A stretch of DNA of 61,236 nt from an uncultured Bacilli bacterium (GTDB lineage: Bacteria > Bacillota_I > Bacilli_A > RF39 > UBA660). The stretch is taken from the NCBI GenBank assembly GCA_934140355.1, contig CAKPBH010000002.1, positions 1 through 61,236 of the forward strand, given 5' to 3'. The position numbers were made by a program, and so were the translations under genes. The notes below the pieces were generated by a model. That model saw only the letters and a list, made by a program, of their open reading frames with translations. It was not told the DNA's origin and did not search any database. How positions within the stretch are numbered: the first letter of the stretch is position 1; each line of letters begins with the position of its first letter. Shown one piece after another: positions 60,145 through 61,236 of the stretch.

Positions 60145-60965
60145 AAAAATTATTAATTTTGATTCTTAGCCTAATGCTAATTACTTTTGGAACCCTAATA
60201 TATAGTCGCTTTTTAGGAACCATTGGACTAAATACCAACGAAATTTCAATTCATGCAAATTTAGATGAAGGTTATCAAGGATTAAAAATTGTTCATTTTT
60301 CGGATTTACATTATAAAAAAGTAATTACCGAAAAAAGAGTTAAAGAACTCATCCAAGAAATTAATCGAAATAAACCAGATTTAATTTTTTTTACTGGCGA
60401 CTTATTAGATGAGGATTATACGTTAAATAACAAAGATATCAATTTTTTAATTAAAGAATTAAAAAAACTAAAAAGTACTTATGGAATTTATGCAGTTATG
60501 GGAGATAACGACTATAGCAATGAAGAAGGCGTTAAGAGTATTTACCTTCAAAGTAATATTACCCTTTTACATAATGAATCTATTTATCTTTACAATGAAA
60601 ATAATAATAAAATTCTTTTACAAGGATTAGGAAGCTATTTAAAAGATTTTGACTTAAAGCAAGCTACTCTGGAACAAGAAGATGAGAATTGTTACAAAAT
60701 TTCCTTGGTACATGAACCAGATGCTATAAATAGTATTCTAAAGCAAAAAAATCCCCCATCTCTTATCTTAGGTGGTCACTCTTTAAATGGTTCAATCAAT
60801 ATTCCTATCATCAAAAACCTATTTCTTCCTAAAGGGGCAAAAACAACAAAATGGGCAAATAACAATCAAAAAATCTATATCTCTAATGGGATAGGCGTTA
60901 ATAATATTAACTTTAGATTATTTAATCACCCATCTATTAATCTTTATCGTTTTATTACAAAATAA
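60141..60965 (+). CDS. Metallophosphoesterase (YkuE-like), membrane-anchored
   Basis: HFSDLHY, TGDLLD, GDNDY, GGHSLNG. Confidence 0.85.
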   Translation: MKKLLILILSLMLITFGTLIYSRFLGTIGLNTNEISIHANLDEGYQGLKIVHFSDLHYKKVITEKRVKELIQEINRNKPDLIFFTGDLLDEDYTLNNKDINFLIKELKKLKSTYGIYAVMGDNDYSNEEGVKSIYLQSNITLLHNESIYLYNENNNKILLQGLGSYLKDFDLKQATLEQEDENCYKISLVHEPDAINSILKQKNPPSLILGGHSLNGSINIPIIKNLFLPKGAKTTKWANNNQKIYISNGIGVNNINFRLFNHPSINLYRFITK

Positions 60966-61019
60966 AAGGAAACAAAAAAAGAGGCAAATGAAATTCTTTT
61001 TATCATCGCCCCTTTTTTA

Positions 61020-61236
61020 TTATACCCCCATTTTCATGTGTGTCCTTTGAAACAAAAATTTGCGAATCATATCAACTGGAATAACGGTTACAGCAAAGAT
61101 AAGCATAATCATAAATTCTTTTAAAGTTAATCCCGAAGTTCGAAATAAACTTCCCCCATAATAAATCATCACAATCTGTACCAAAACAACAAACAAAGTA
61201 ACAACAATAAACATTTTATTTTTAAAAATATTAGAA
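61020..61236 (-). CDS. C-terminal end of a P-type cation-transporting ATPase (partial; continues beyond the window)
   Basis: The reading frame stays open to the window edge (..SNIFKNKMFIVVTLFVVLVQIVMIYYGGSLFRT..L.LKEF), resembling the last two TM helices of Ca/Mg-type ATPases. Confidence 0.5.
   Translation of the reverse strand, partial: SNIFKNKMFIVVTLFVVLVQIVMIYYGGSLFRTSGLTLKEFMIMLIFAVTVIPVDMIRKFLFQRTHMKMGV

Overview
Low-GC chromosomal segment from what looks like an endospore-forming Bacillota bacterium. It uses the standard genetic code: TGA acts as a stop and Trp is TGG. Most of the window is housekeeping and lies mainly on the minus strand: uvsE, a ysxE/spoVID-like coat gene pair, pyk, gpmI, ligA, a solitary tRNA-His, trmK-rpoD-dnaG, queA, smc and uvrC. 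Several accessory regions sit within this backbone.

The strongest candidate for something new is a 6.68-kb element (2661..9340). A large serine recombinase gene sits at its very edge. The element interrupts a gene in the middle of a LysM domain. That gene encodes a protein with no signal peptide, an apparently degenerate Amidase_3 domain and four LysM domains. The two element ends together form a 15/17 imperfect palindrome centred on a CC dinucleotide shared by both junctions. Joining the flanks at that CC in silico restores one in-frame 401-aa ORF. This is the architecture of the skin and SPbeta gene-splitting elements, here in a host gene I do not recognise as a known target. Coat-morphogenesis genes lie 1-3 kb away. 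The element carries a T-box(Pro)-regulated mini ProRS, a Doc toxin with a non-Phd-like partner, an orphan Dam methylase and an ISL3 transposase relic.

Other points of interest:
- an atypical 596-aa sigma-70 paralogue next to the split gene;
- a UvrD/helicase-IV-like gene with its ATPase motifs erased, split into two intact overlapping ORFs;
- an 890-aa prepilin-signal protein fused to Listeria-Bacteroides repeats;
- secreted proteins with TasA/SipW-type N-termini, one with a glycine-rich (ALK-like) domain;
- a HipA-like kinase module flanked by unknown ORFs;
- tandem repeats of 45 bp (coding) and 30 bp (promoter region).

No CRISPR array, rRNA gene or complete prophage is visible.
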